A stretch of 55,831 bases of DNA from Tubiluchus corallicola (GCA_030141605.1 JAQGDQ010002420.1:1-55831), one strand, 5' to 3'; counted from the stretch's first letter, positions 1 through 9,832 are shown. Numbers and translations are program-made. The notes: generated by a model from the sequence alone, not told the origin.

Positions 1-1325
1 TGCAGTGTCGCTGTACATATTCAACACCAGCTTGTGTATTTCCGGCCAATTTTCGGTAAAGGCAAATGAAGCATAAGAGTAAAGGTCAAGAGTGTTGTAA
101 TAAGGGTATTCAGGACACTCAAGTATGGCAAAATACTCGAAATTGGTGCCTATCTCATATCCCCAAAATGTGTTGGACGTAAATAGAAACATCTCGTTAA
201 ACAGCGCAGAATGCACCGCATAGTTATCCACCTCTTTCCTACACTCGTCTTGCCAAGTTTCTATCCTTTTCAGCCATAGGTCTTTATTCTTTATCGTCTC
301 AAACAGTATCGATTTTGCGCCTTTAAAGCTCTCCACATACTTCCTGTGGTATCTTCTTCCATGTCCAAACTGAACCACCGGCAGATCCCAGACCAGCACA
401 AAGTTTAGTTTGCGAGTTTCACCCGGTTTTAGAATCACTTTGGAAGCCACAGCCCCACCCGGAATGCTGTTAAATCCATCGGCAAAACCGCAAGACATCT
501 TCCAGTCCTTTGCAGCATCAGGCGATAACACCCCGTCATCCTTAAACATCTCCCAGGCAATATCCCTATCGTAGACATCAAACGTACTGAGGTGCGATGT
601 AGTAACTCCCTCTTCCTTGAGAGCACTTATGGCAAATGTACCCCTGAATGGAGCAGACTTGTCGATCTGATCATTTGACATCAAAAAAACGGTATCTTCA
701 GATGAAGATTTCTCCGCCCTATTGTGGCTATCACAAGATATGGGAGCGTGAGGAGTGCCTCTGTTGTTGTCATCAAAGAAGCCGTTCATATTGGTAAAGC
801 TCAGCATTATGGAACATTCTGCATCCCTTTCCCCCTATTAGTGAGCGAATATTCAAAAACAGCAGTGGGCAAACTGCTCGCCTTATAATCACCCTTTATC
901 ACAGGAGAGTATTGTTTGCATTCAATGAGAACCGGGATACCGTCGAAATATTCATAAGCGGTGTTTGCAACGGGATACAGTGCATTGTATGTGCCCTTAA
1001 CATGATGGACATTATCATACCTTGACATATCAAACTTATCGCAAACATCCGGCTTTTCACTGTTTAGGGCTGATGCAAACTTTTTGTCGCCATATTTTAA
1101 GTTCACACAAAAGGAATTTGCAGGAATAGTAAAAGTTTTCACCAATCCGGGCTTTATGGTATATGAGCTAAAGTGCCCTTTATAGTCCCTATATATAGCT
1201 CCGGTTCCCATGGTACCAAGAGGTACTCCGGACACCACACCTTTGCCGTACAGCCTTTCATATTTTGGCTTTGTTTGTATCTTGTGATTTTCTCCTATCT
1301 TGTAAGAAACGTATGATCTGCTCAC
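1..1325 (-). CDS. GH116 family beta-glycosidase (non-lysosomal glucosylceramidase-like); runs off the left edge; apparent frameshift near 825
   Basis: N-terminal SGVPLGTMGTGAI..G and ALYP..YSPV..DYKASSLP motifs in ORF 807-1364. A shift in the GGGGG-AAA-GGG run continues as ..FVLVWDLP..LFNE..ILECPEYPYYNTLDLYSYAS (GH116 nucleophile region). Probable GTG start at 1325. Confidence 0.85.
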
Positions 1326-1349
1326 CAAAAAGCCCCCGATTTTATAGAT

Positions 1350-1387
1350 AAAAAGAAGCGGCACCGGATATCTGCATCAGGTGCCGC
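1350..1387 (-). terminator. Intrinsic terminator-like hairpin after TRAP dctP
   Basis: GCGGCACC/GGTGCCGC stem (1358-1365 / 1380-1387) followed on the minus strand by TTCTTTTT. Confidence 0.7.
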
Positions 1388-1399
1388 CATGAAACGCAA

Positions 1400-2440
1400 C
1401 TAATCAAGCTCTATGGCATAAGCCTTGTCGAGCTCCTTTTCACATTTGTCTATCACGTTGACAAACTTGTTGTACCAGCCCTGGTTCTCTTTGGACTTGT
1501 TCAAAAACCAATCCGCCATGCCCTTAGAAGCATCGACAAACATCTTCTTCTCTTCAGGACTTGGAGAGTACACAACGCCTCCCTTCTTCCTGAAAGCCTC
1601 ATACGACAGGCTGTCATGATATTTTGGGTAAGCATAGAGATACTGCTGCAACACCTGAAATCCTTCTGCGACGATCCTCTGATATTCTTTAGGCATGCTC
1701 CTGAGCTTCTGTTCGCTCATCATCCAAACTCCACTCATGTATGAGTGTTGATCCAGGATAATATATTTTAGGTGATCGTGAAGGTTCATAACCACGATGT
1801 CTGTTATGCCATTCTTTGTACCTTCTGCAACTCCGGTACCGAGAGATGTATAAACTTCTGGCCATGACACGCCCGTGGGAGTTGCCCCTAACTGTCTGGT
1901 CAACTCTTGCTGGAGAGGTGCGGGTATGGTTCTGATCTTGAGACCTTTCAAGTCTGACGGAGCTTTTACCTGCTTCTTTGTGGTGGCAAAGTTTCTCCAA
2001 CCTCCGGAATTGGTTATGGTCATTATTCGAACATTCGGCAAGCTCGTCTTCATACCAACCCTGAGGTCTTTTACAAAGTCGTGCTGTTCATAAACACATT
2101 CCGCCACATCATCATTTTTGAACATGTAAGGCAGGTCTAAAACCTCAATGGGGCTCCAAAACAGCGCCGCCTCACCGGCTGTGGTTTGAAATATGTCATA
2201 AACACCACTTTGAACCCCTTCCAAACATTCCCTTGCACTGCTGCAAAGCTGAGCGCCGATAAAAGCCTTGACGGTTATATTCCCATTACTGGCGTTCTCA
2301 ACGTAGTTTTTGAAAGCCATCATACCTATGTAGTTGTAATTATCCTTGCCAGTAACGCTGGGCCACACAAGGGTATAGGTCTTGGCATACGCACTCGCAG
2401 AAAACAGAACCGCAAGTAAAACTAATAATATCCTCTTCAT
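1400..2440 (-). CDS. dctP: TRAP substrate-binding protein (DctP family), HpsK-like organosulfonate clade
   Basis: Signal peptide ending ASAYA; DLKGLKIR motif; FKNYVE.ASNG, FIG.QLCS...ECL, GGWRNFA and KNGITDI segments that I recall from roseobacter HpsK. Confidence 0.9.
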   Translation of the reverse strand: MKRILLVLLAVLFSASAYAKTYTLVWPSVTGKDNYNYIGMMAFKNYVENASNGNITVKAFIGAQLCSSARECLEGVQSGVYDIFQTTAGEAALFWSPIEVLDLPYMFKNDDVAECVYEQHDFVKDLRVGMKTSLPNVRIMTITNSGGWRNFATTKKQVKAPSDLKGLKIRTIPAPLQQELTRQLGATPTGVSWPEVYTSLGTGVAEGTKNGITDIVVMNLHDHLKYIILDQHSYMSGVWMMSEQKLRSMPKEYQRIVAEGFQVLQQYLYAYPKYHDSLSYEAFRKKGGVVYSPSPEEKKMFVDASKGMADWFLNKSKENQGWYNKFVNVIDKCEKELDKAYAIELD

Positions 2441-2487
2441 AAATCCTCCTTAACTTATATTAACAAACTTGTCATCCGGCTTTAAAA

Positions 2488-3774
2488 TTATCTAAAAAGC
2501 AAATTTGGCAAAAACAGCACCAGTCCAGGTATAAATGTAATTAAAAATACAACAAATATCTCCACAGCAATGAACGGCAGGATAAATTTTGATATGGTCA
2601 TCACCTTTGAACCGCTAACGGATGATGCCACAAATAGTACTAGCCCCATAGGCGGAGTAGCAAGGCCTATGGTGACATTCACGCACATAACTATAGCAAA
2701 ATGAACTGGGTCAACCCCAAGATCCATCATAATAGGCTGCAAAATCGGTCCAAGTATCAATATTGCAGGGCCCGCATCCAAAAACATCCCTATGAAGAAC
2801 AAAAATATATTCACAAGAAACAGTATGAGATAGGTGTTGGAATTTGCCCCTATTACTTTTTCTGCTATTATGCTCGGCGTTTCAGAGTAGCTCACCACAA
2901 ATGAAAACGCTTGGGCTGCCGCAACGAGCAGCAGTATTGCACTGGCTTGAATCGCAGCTCGTTTAAATATTGGCCCTAAGTCCTTCACGTTTAGGGTACG
3001 TTTCACGATCAAGCCCACCAGGAGCGCATACGCAACAGCAACGGCGGCAGCTTCAGTAGGGGTAAACCAACCGCTCAGTATCCCTCCTAGTAATATCACA
3101 GGTGTCATGAGCGGCCAAAAAGCTATCTGTAAGCTCCTACCTCTCTCTTTCCAGCTGCATTTTTCATTTGCCGGGGCAAAGTTATACTTCTTCGACATAA
3201 AATATGTCACCGTCATCAAAGCCCCGCCCATGAGCAGACCTGGCAAAAGCCCTGCGGCAAACATTTCGCCCAAATTCACATTCATAACGAACGAATATAA
3301 CACCATCAGACCGCTAGGAGGTATGATGGGCCCGATAACGGACGAAGCCGCCGTAACCGCTGCGGCAAAGGATTTTGAATAACCGTTCCTCTCCATGGCG
3401 GGGATAAGCATGGAGCCTATGGCGGAAGTATCCGCAACGGCGGAACCGCTAAGACCTGCAAAAAGGATAGATGAGGCAATATTCACCTGGGCCAAACCAC
3501 CTCGGAAATGCCCTATCATGGATTTGGAAAAATCAACCAATGCCTTTGTCGTGCCTCCGTGGTTCATCACCTCTCCGGCGAGGATGAAGAACGGCAACGC
3601 CATTATGGGAAACGAATTAATACCGCCAAATATTCTACCCATTAGCCCCTTGAGCAGCATCGGCTCCGTGACCTGCAAGTAAATGCCTGAAGCCAAAAGC
3701 ATCCCGAAAAATACCGGTACACTCAAGATTAAAGCGACAATGAATATCCAAAAATATATAGTTGCGATCATCAT
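2488..3774 (-). CDS. dctM: TRAP large permease DctM
   Basis: ALPFFILAG, GLSGSAVAD, GPIIPPS, DPVHF, TPPMG motifs; about 12 hydrophobic segments. Confidence 0.95.
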   Translation of the reverse strand: MMIATIYFWIFIVALILSVPVFFGMLLASGIYLQVTEPMLLKGLMGRIFGGINSFPIMALPFFILAGEVMNHGGTTKALVDFSKSMIGHFRGGLAQVNIASSILFAGLSGSAVADTSAIGSMLIPAMERNGYSKSFAAAVTAASSVIGPIIPPSGLMVLYSFVMNVNLGEMFAAGLLPGLLMGGALMTVTYFMSKKYNFAPANEKCSWKERGRSLQIAFWPLMTPVILLGGILSGWFTPTEAAAVAVAYALLVGLIVKRTLNVKDLGPIFKRAAIQASAILLLVAAAQAFSFVVSYSETPSIIAEKVIGANSNTYLILFLVNIFLFFIGMFLDAGPAILILGPILQPIMMDLGVDPVHFAIVMCVNVTIGLATPPMGLVLFVASSVSGSKVMTISKFILPFIAVEIFVVFLITFIPGLVLFLPNLLFR

Positions 3775-3839
3775 TCCTCCTCAAGAAAAAGTCCGGCCAA
3801 ACAAAACCAGAAAACAACACCTATTGCGCCACAGGAGCG

Positions 3840-4541
3840 TCATATCTTAACATCGCTATGGTCTTCCAACTCTACTTCCGCTTCATGAAAAGACTCTTGG
3901 ATATTCAGCATACGGTGATAATTTTTGCCGTTCATCAACTCCATGATAAACATCAAACCCTTCTGCATTGATGCAACAAGCATCGATGCAATACCTATGG
4001 GTAGAGCAACATATATCCAGATAAGCTTAAAGCCCATGGAGCCGGAAGTTGAGTAAAAGCCGTTCTTGACAAAAATAAGACTGAGATGGAGCATCCCCAT
4101 TAAGACGACCAGCTCAATTATAAACACGAGCCCACTCAAAGCCGCCCTACCCCTCAACGGCAACTTCTCCATGATAATATCTATATTCACCAAAAGGCTA
4201 TGCTTGTAGGCGTAAGGCGCCACGAGAAAACACATCCACACCATCATATAAAGCGCCAATTCTTCTCCCCAGCTAGGGGCTACAAAAAACTTACGCATAA
4301 ACACCTGATAAAATATGGTGGCAGTCATAATGAACAGGGAAGAGATTGCCAAAATAAGGAATATTTTGAACACAAAGTTGGTAATGCGGTCAAGTCCAAA
4401 AAGAATCTTCTCCAGCACAAATTCCGCCCGCTTAGGCACAAGAGCCAACGACACCAGCGACACCGCAGTAAAGAGTATTATGAACAATATAAACACCTTC
4501 CACTCAGCGGATATATCTTTCAGAAAGCCAAACCAAGTCAT
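3840..4541 (-). CDS. dctQ: TRAP small permease DctQ (with an extra N-terminal TM segment)
   Basis: QVFMRKFF..PSWGEEL..Y..VW motif; adjacent to dctM; ATGA overlap with the upstream gene. Confidence 0.9.
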   Translation of the reverse strand: MTWFGFLKDISAEWKVFILFIILFTAVSLVSLALVPKRAEFVLEKILFGLDRITNFVFKIFLILAISSLFIMTATIFYQVFMRKFFVAPSWGEELALYMMVWMCFLVAPYAYKHSLLVNIDIIMEKLPLRGRAALSGLVFIIELVVLMGMLHLSLIFVKNGFYSTSGSMGFKLIWIYVALPIGIASMLVASMQKGLMFIMELMNGKNYHRMLNIQESFHEAEVELEDHSDVKI

Positions 4542-5413
4542 AATACCTCCAACAGGCTTTTTATGTCCGTGACGATAAGGCCGGAGTTTCTCAAAGACTC
4601 AATAAATTTCTCATCAGAAAACATCTCGTACTCCATCCTTCTTAAAAATGCATTATGCGGGGCAATGTGATACATATCCGCACAAGTATCCGGATGTATC
4701 GACAAGAAATGTATTCCCCTGGGCAAGTTCGTATACATTTTGTAGTAAAAATCCCTGACATCCGCACCATCCTCGAGATGACCGGGCGTCATTACAAAGC
4801 TATCGAATTTCAACGGGAGCTTAGATCCATAAATCTTAAACATCTCCTCATAAGCAGAAGCCTCTACTCCCGTGGGGTAGAAGAACTCCGCAAATGAAGC
4901 AGAATCCCGTACAAGCACGGGCAATACCTCGTACTCCTCACAAACACTCATGAACGCTTCCACAACATTCGGGAGCATAGCTGCACCCATGTGCGCATCA
5001 GCGTGACTCAGCCTGATACCATCCGCAAGCGCTCTGTCAAACTGAGCTCTAATCTCCGATTTGGCGTCACTTGGGGTGACATTGTTCAAAACTTGCAGGT
5101 TTTTCGAATGAAGATACCCAGAAGCATCAGTCAGTGACTTGCCATTTGTAAGACCTCTCCATCGATAGCTCTTCCACTCACTTGTAAGGGTTATGTGGAT
5201 ACCCACATCAACTTCAGCATCAAGCCGCCTGTAAAACTCCAAAACTCGGATAATACGGACATACTACCATGACAGATCCACAAGAAACGGTACCCTTTGT
5301 GCTCATAAGCAGGAGAATTCATTTGAACCATGACTCATCCCCAAATCATCCACATGAGGAACCACAACGACAGAACGCTCAAGCATATCTTTAGATACAG
5401 GCACGTCAATCAC
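4538..5413 (-). CDS. ChbG/YdjC-family carbohydrate deacetylase (two apparent frameshifts near 5248 and 5318)
   Basis: HVDDLGMSHGSN at the N-terminus (read by hand from 5413), then GIHITLTSEW, SHADAHM and HP metal-binding motifs; GTGA overlap with the nagB-like stop. Confidence 0.8.
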
Positions 5414-6264
5414 CTCAAAACAGGCTCGGGCATATCGAGTACACCTCTAGTAACGCCAACACTAACATCACAATGTCTCTGTACCAGTGAAGCGGGAAAA
5501 GCCCCGGTAATATCGCCGAATAGCATCCTACGCAATGCAGCACAATGCCAATCTCTGTTCATAAATATTCTGATCTTTTCAGCGCTCAAAATCTCCTTCA
5601 TCCCCACAGTAATGGCAAACTTAGGCATCCTCAAAGTATTGCCCCTTGCAGCAGTAACGGAGTTGATAGTGATGCTCATCTCACGGAGTTGGACAATTCT
5701 AGTCTCGAGCGATGCAAAAAGATCAGGATCCTCATAACCTTCCAAGGGGTCGTTAAAAGCCAAATGTCCCGTTATTCCAACACCTGCATATGTGACGTCC
5801 ACGCCATGTTCTTTGATAATATCAGTATATTCGTTGATATCGTCAGGTTTTGGAAAATAACATTCCGGTCTCCTATGCGTCTCCAGCTTGTTAATGAGAT
5901 GCTCATCGATGTGGCTGCGGAAGCTCAATGGGTCTTCTCTCGGTATCCACTTGCAGGATGGTGTCAAATACTCATCCATACCGAGCAGGATAAGACCGCT
6001 GAGGTCTATATTATCCTTGATCGCCTTTTCAGCCATTATGTCGTACTGCCCAACAGGCCCTACAGGAACTATAAACACAGCCCTTTTCTTCCCTTTGGAC
6101 ATGATAGTTGAGTAATCTTCAAGCATCTTTTCAGCGATGCTATTTATCATCTCTTCATTCTTCTCAAAAACTTCCACGGGGAAGGGGGAGCATCTGACAA
6201 CCTCTTCCCCGGTCATGCCAAGAGCCTTTTCGCTCAGAGAGCTCAACCCATAGTAAAAACTCAT
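5410..6264 (-). CDS. Glucosamine-6-phosphate deaminase (NagB)-like protein, PVGPVGQY variant
   Basis: MDEY catalytic Asp motif, GVGITGHLAFNDP, AITVGMKEIL and FPASL.QRH motifs. Confidence 0.85.
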   Translation of the reverse strand: MSFYYGLSSLSEKALGMTGEEVVRCSPFPVEVFEKNEEMINSIAEKMLEDYSTIMSKGKKRAVFIVPVGPVGQYDIMAEKAIKDNIDLSGLILLGMDEYLTPSCKWIPREDPLSFRSHIDEHLINKLETHRRPECYFPKPDDINEYTDIIKEHGVDVTYAGVGITGHLAFNDPLEGYEDPDLFASLETRIVQLREMSITINSVTAARGNTLRMPKFAITVGMKEILSAEKIRIFMNRDWHCAALRRMLFGDITGAFPASLVQRHCDVSVGVTRGVLDMPEPVLR

Positions 6265-6273
6265 AAATACCCC

Positions 6274-8490
6274 TTACCTGACAAACAGGACGTCACCCTT
6301 CACAAGAACGTCCGCCTTTCCATAAACTTTGTAGGAGACTTTCCCCGTTTTAAAAGCTATTTCCGCATGAGCATCAAAGACGGTCACTTTAATATCTTCA
6401 TCCTCATAGTTTTTATTGGGCACGCCGTAAATGCCGACAAAATCTAAAGTGCCGGTTGAGGCAAACTCTCCGGTATGTTGAACCTTCGGGGCAAACTTTA
6501 TCACCGCCCCATCTGCCACAAATACGGGCGCTCTATCCAGTTCGTACACAGAATCTACGACAACCCCTCCCCTGACAGATTCTCCAGTAAAGAAGTTGTA
6601 GAATGTGCCTTCGGGCAGCATATAGTTCGCACGCCCGCCCTCGGCTATTATCGGAGCACAAAAGATATCGTCCCCGAGCATATATTGGTACTCATAGCTC
6701 CAGAGTTCTTTATTGTTCGGATAAGCTAAAGGCATTGCCCGCACAATGGGGATCCCGTAGGCATTAGCTTGTTTGCCAGCATTCATTATGTATGGAATGA
6801 GGGAGTATCTATAGCCCAACCATTCCCTGGCAATCCTAATCCCTTCGTCGCCAAAGATCCAAGGCTCTCTATCCCCGATACCGTGAAATCTGGTATGGGA
6901 TGCGAGTATTCCGGCCTGCATATAACGCACAAATATCTCTAGGTTTGGCTGCTCTCCATAAAACCCTCCGATGTCGTAGGAATAGTACGCAGCGCCACAA
7001 AGACCCCAAGACAGATTGCCCATAATAGCCCCTCCCAGACCACCAAAGCTTGTCTGAGAGTCTGCCGACCACTGAGCTCCATACTTTTGGGAACCGGTCC
7101 AACCGCTCCTGCCCCACAGGACTGCATTGCCTGCCCCCATCTTTTCTTCTAAAGCTTCGAAGCAAGCTCTGTTATAAATCAGACCCAAGGCATTGTGATA
7201 GTATCTACCGCTGTCGCCATTTAGAGCTATCATGTCAGCTTCCACCTGTTCGCCAAAGTCAGGCTTGAGACAGGAAACACCCATATCGACCATCTTGTGT
7301 ATCTCTTCCTTCCACCACTTTACCATCTCAGGGTTTGTAAAATCATATATGCCGCTCTCGGGCAAAGGAGTCAAAACCTCCCCAAAAGGAGCCATATCCC
7401 ACTCAAACTTCGAAGGTGAACCGTCACTATTTTTTAGCAGAAAATCTTTGTCCGCAAGCTCAGAAAAACGCTCGTGATCAACGGATAAGTTTGGATACAG
7501 CCAGCAGTTGACATGAAAATTCAGGTCTTTCAAGTCTTTAGTAGATTTTTCGGGATCGTCAAACCGTTTTTTGTCCCATTCAAAGATAAATCTAGTGTCA
7601 GTATCCTGCCAAGCCCTGCCGTCGTAAGAGATAACATCTGCAGGCAGTTTTTTATCACGAAAAGTTTTCGCAGCCTCATAAGCGTCATCAGGGGTTGCAT
7701 AATATGCTTTTGATATCCAAGCCCCGTAAGACCAAAGCGGCAATATCGGGGGACGACCCGTAAGCTCAGTATATTTATACAGCATGGAAGCAGGTGTCGC
7801 AGCTCCAAATAGGAACAGGTCAAAAACCTCATCCTCCGTTTCAAGAATGTAAGATATGTGAGACAACGGAGCATATCCTATCGCATGCTTCGTGTCAGCA
7901 GTGGTGTGAAGATATATGCCCCAGCCCTTTGGGCTCCAAGCAAATGGAGTGTTTTTGTAAGTCTCCTCGTGATTGACACCCAAGGAATCTTCGTTTCTGT
8001 TCAGTATCAGCGCGCCGCGATGATTTAGTGCCTCGTGCTTTTCGCCTAAACCGTAAACCTTCTCCCCCAAAGGCAAGTCGAAACTGAACGTAAAACCGTT
8101 TGAAGTCGCAGCAATCGGAGGAAATTTAAACCTTTTGGTAAAGTAACTATCTGAAGAAGGAGAGAGCAGGACAGAACTGCCCATCAGCAGACTAACGCGC
8201 AGAGGAGACTTCTCCAATCGCAAAGTGTAACCTCCAGCTTTGACGTCGTAGCCCTCTTCATTGATGACGACCTCCAAACTCGCACGCTCATACTTCTCTA
8301 TTATCCCGTACTCATTCCTGTTCGCAGAATTGTTTATGGAAAATCTGAAAACACCACAACCATTAGAGGTCACCACAGCAGAACCAGCACTCGTCTGAAA
8401 ACTAAAACAATCATGAAATATCTTGGCGTCAGTAATCTCATCAATAGGAGCAACCTTATCAACATCAACCAAAAGTCTATTCATCTTCAT
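6274..8490 (-). CDS. GH31 alpha-glycosidase (YicI-like)
   Basis: YGLGE, YKNTPF, LTGRP..P.W, KPDFGE nucleophile, WSAD acid/base, DIGGF, RFHG..REPW motifs. Confidence 0.92.
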   Translation of the reverse strand: MKMNRLLVDVDKVAPIDEITDAKIFHDCFSFQTSAGSAVVTSNGCGVFRFSINNSANRNEYGIIEKYERASLEVVINEEGYDVKAGGYTLRLEKSPLRVSLLMGSSVLLSPSSDSYFTKRFKFPPIAATSNGFTFSFDLPLGEKVYGLGEKHEALNHRGALILNRNEDSLGVNHEETYKNTPFAWSPKGWGIYLHTTADTKHAIGYAPLSHISYILETEDEVFDLFLFGAATPASMLYKYTELTGRPPILPLWSYGAWISKAYYATPDDAYEAAKTFRDKKLPADVISYDGRAWQDTDTRFIFEWDKKRFDDPEKSTKDLKDLNFHVNCWLYPNLSVDHERFSELADKDFLLKNSDGSPSKFEWDMAPFGEVLTPLPESGIYDFTNPEMVKWWKEEIHKMVDMGVSCLKPDFGEQVEADMIALNGDSGRYYHNALGLIYNRACFEALEEKMGAGNAVLWGRSGWTGSQKYGAQWSADSQTSFGGLGGAIMGNLSWGLCGAAYYSYDIGGFYGEQPNLEIFVRYMQAGILASHTRFHGIGDREPWIFGDEGIRIAREWLGYRYSLIPYIMNAGKQANAYGIPIVRAMPLAYPNNKELWSYEYQYMLGDDIFCAPIIAEGGRANYMLPEGTFYNFFTGESVRGGVVVDSVYELDRAPVFVADGAVIKFAPKVQHTGEFASTGTLDFVGIYGVPNKNYEDEDIKVTVFDAHAEIAFKTGKVSYKVYGKADVLVKGDVLFVR

Positions 8491-8654
8491 AGCTCATTGC
8501 CTCCAAAAAGCCACAGGGCAGAATATAAAAAAACCACCATACGCGCGATATTACGAAAAATCGCACAAAACACCACACCCGACCGAGCGGTAATAAAATA
8601 CGCAAAAACACACATCGACAAGCACCACTCAAAGCTTGCACGTCAAATTAAAGT

Positions 8655-8737
8655 CTTCCTCCCCCGCAAGCGAAAAATGCCTATTTTTTTATGTTGATGC
8701 ACCATTCTGGAATGCCTTCCTCCCCCGCAAGCGAAAA
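8655..8737. repeat. 22-nt exact direct repeat, two copies, 39-nt spacer
   Basis: CTTCCTCCCCCGCAAGCGAAAA at 8655-8676 and 8716-8737. Confidence 0.9.
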
Positions 8738-8852
8738 CGACCACTCTTAGCCACCATCCCCATGCAAAACAGATGCTCCCTCACACACAAGCAAAAAATA
8801 ACAAACAACTATATATAATAACCAATTCAGAACATTTTTATAATAACAAATA

Positions 8853-8881
8853 CTTATAGTTCATAAATGTAATATTGTCAA
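8853..8881 (-). promoter_or_regulatory. sigma70 promoter for the GH31-nagB-chbG-TRAP-GH116 operon
   Basis: Minus strand TTGACA (8881-8876), 17 nt, TATAAG (8858-8853). Confidence 0.65.
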
Positions 8882-8987
8882 CATATTTCTACCATATTTG
8901 TTGTTTTTCTAACAAAGGCAAGGTTTGGGCTCAAATCTTCTATCAAGGTTTGGCGTAGGAAATTAAATACATCGCATTCGGCTTTAA

Positions 8988-9767
8988 TTATCTGATCTGT
9001 CTGGAACCGTTCTTCGTGGCAACTATGAGTTTTACACCACTGCCTATCATTTTATCCAACAGCCGCTTTGGGGGTTCTTTATCCGTGATTACGGTATCCA
9101 TATCTTCTATATTTGCCAACGCAACGTTGGCTTTTGTGTTGTACATTTCACTCTTCAACAACAGGAGTTTGTGCCTTGACATACTCATCATCTTTTGTGC
9201 CACATCCACTTCACCTCTATTGTAGTCTAGTATTATGCCATCTTCACCGATAGCACCTCCGGAAAAAACCACATAGTCCGCCACAAAAGAACCTACATAC
9301 CTGATAGCTTCATACCCCGTTATGCCGGAATTGGATGTATTAACCCTGCCAGGGACCACCGTGATCCCAACATTCTCCTTCATAGATAACATGCTTGCCA
9401 CATTCAGACTGTTGGTAACAACCTCGTAGCACTTATCGACCCTTGACGCAAAAGCCTCAACAGTGGTGCCTATAGTGACAAAGATCATAGAGTGTTCCGG
9501 GATGCAGTTTAGTGCGGCCTCTGCAATCCATTGCTTCTCCATGGCTTGCAATGCATATCTTGTCTGAAAATTGACATTCTTGACACTAGACAGCGCCAAC
9601 ACCCCGCCATGATACTTCGTCACAAGATTTTGGTTCACCATCTCCGCAATATCTCGCCTGATGGTCTGAGCACTCACCTTAAACTCTTCCGAAAGCCACT
9701 CCACACCGCAATAACCGTGCTTCTGTACTATTTCAAGTATTTCTTTATGTCTAGCATTCTTGTACAT
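8988..9767 (-). CDS. csqR: DeoR/GlpR-family regulator, CsqR (YihW)-like
   Basis: HTH VSAQTIRRDI; SSVKNVNF, IFVTIGTTVE, NSGITG, ADY..SGGAI resemble E. coli YihW as I recall it; divergent from yihU. Confidence 0.75.
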   Translation of the reverse strand: MYKNARHKEILEIVQKHGYCGVEWLSEEFKVSAQTIRRDIAEMVNQNLVTKYHGGVLALSSVKNVNFQTRYALQAMEKQWIAEAALNCIPEHSMIFVTIGTTVEAFASRVDKCYEVVTNSLNVASMLSMKENVGITVVPGRVNTSNSGITGYEAIRYVGSFVADYVVFSGGAIGEDGIILDYNRGEVDVAQKMMSMSRHKLLLLKSEMYNTKANVALANIEDMDTVITDKEPPKRLLDKMIGSGVKLIVATKNGSRQIR

Positions 9768-9832
9768 ATCCTAAATACTATACCTATTCCTTTCGCAAAT
9801 ATCAACAATTTACAACAAAAATAATCATAAAC

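Noticed and set aside
8655-8737. Mini CRISPR array (22-nt repeat, 39-nt spacer)
   Set aside because: Only two copies, no clear palindrome, and no cas genes in the window
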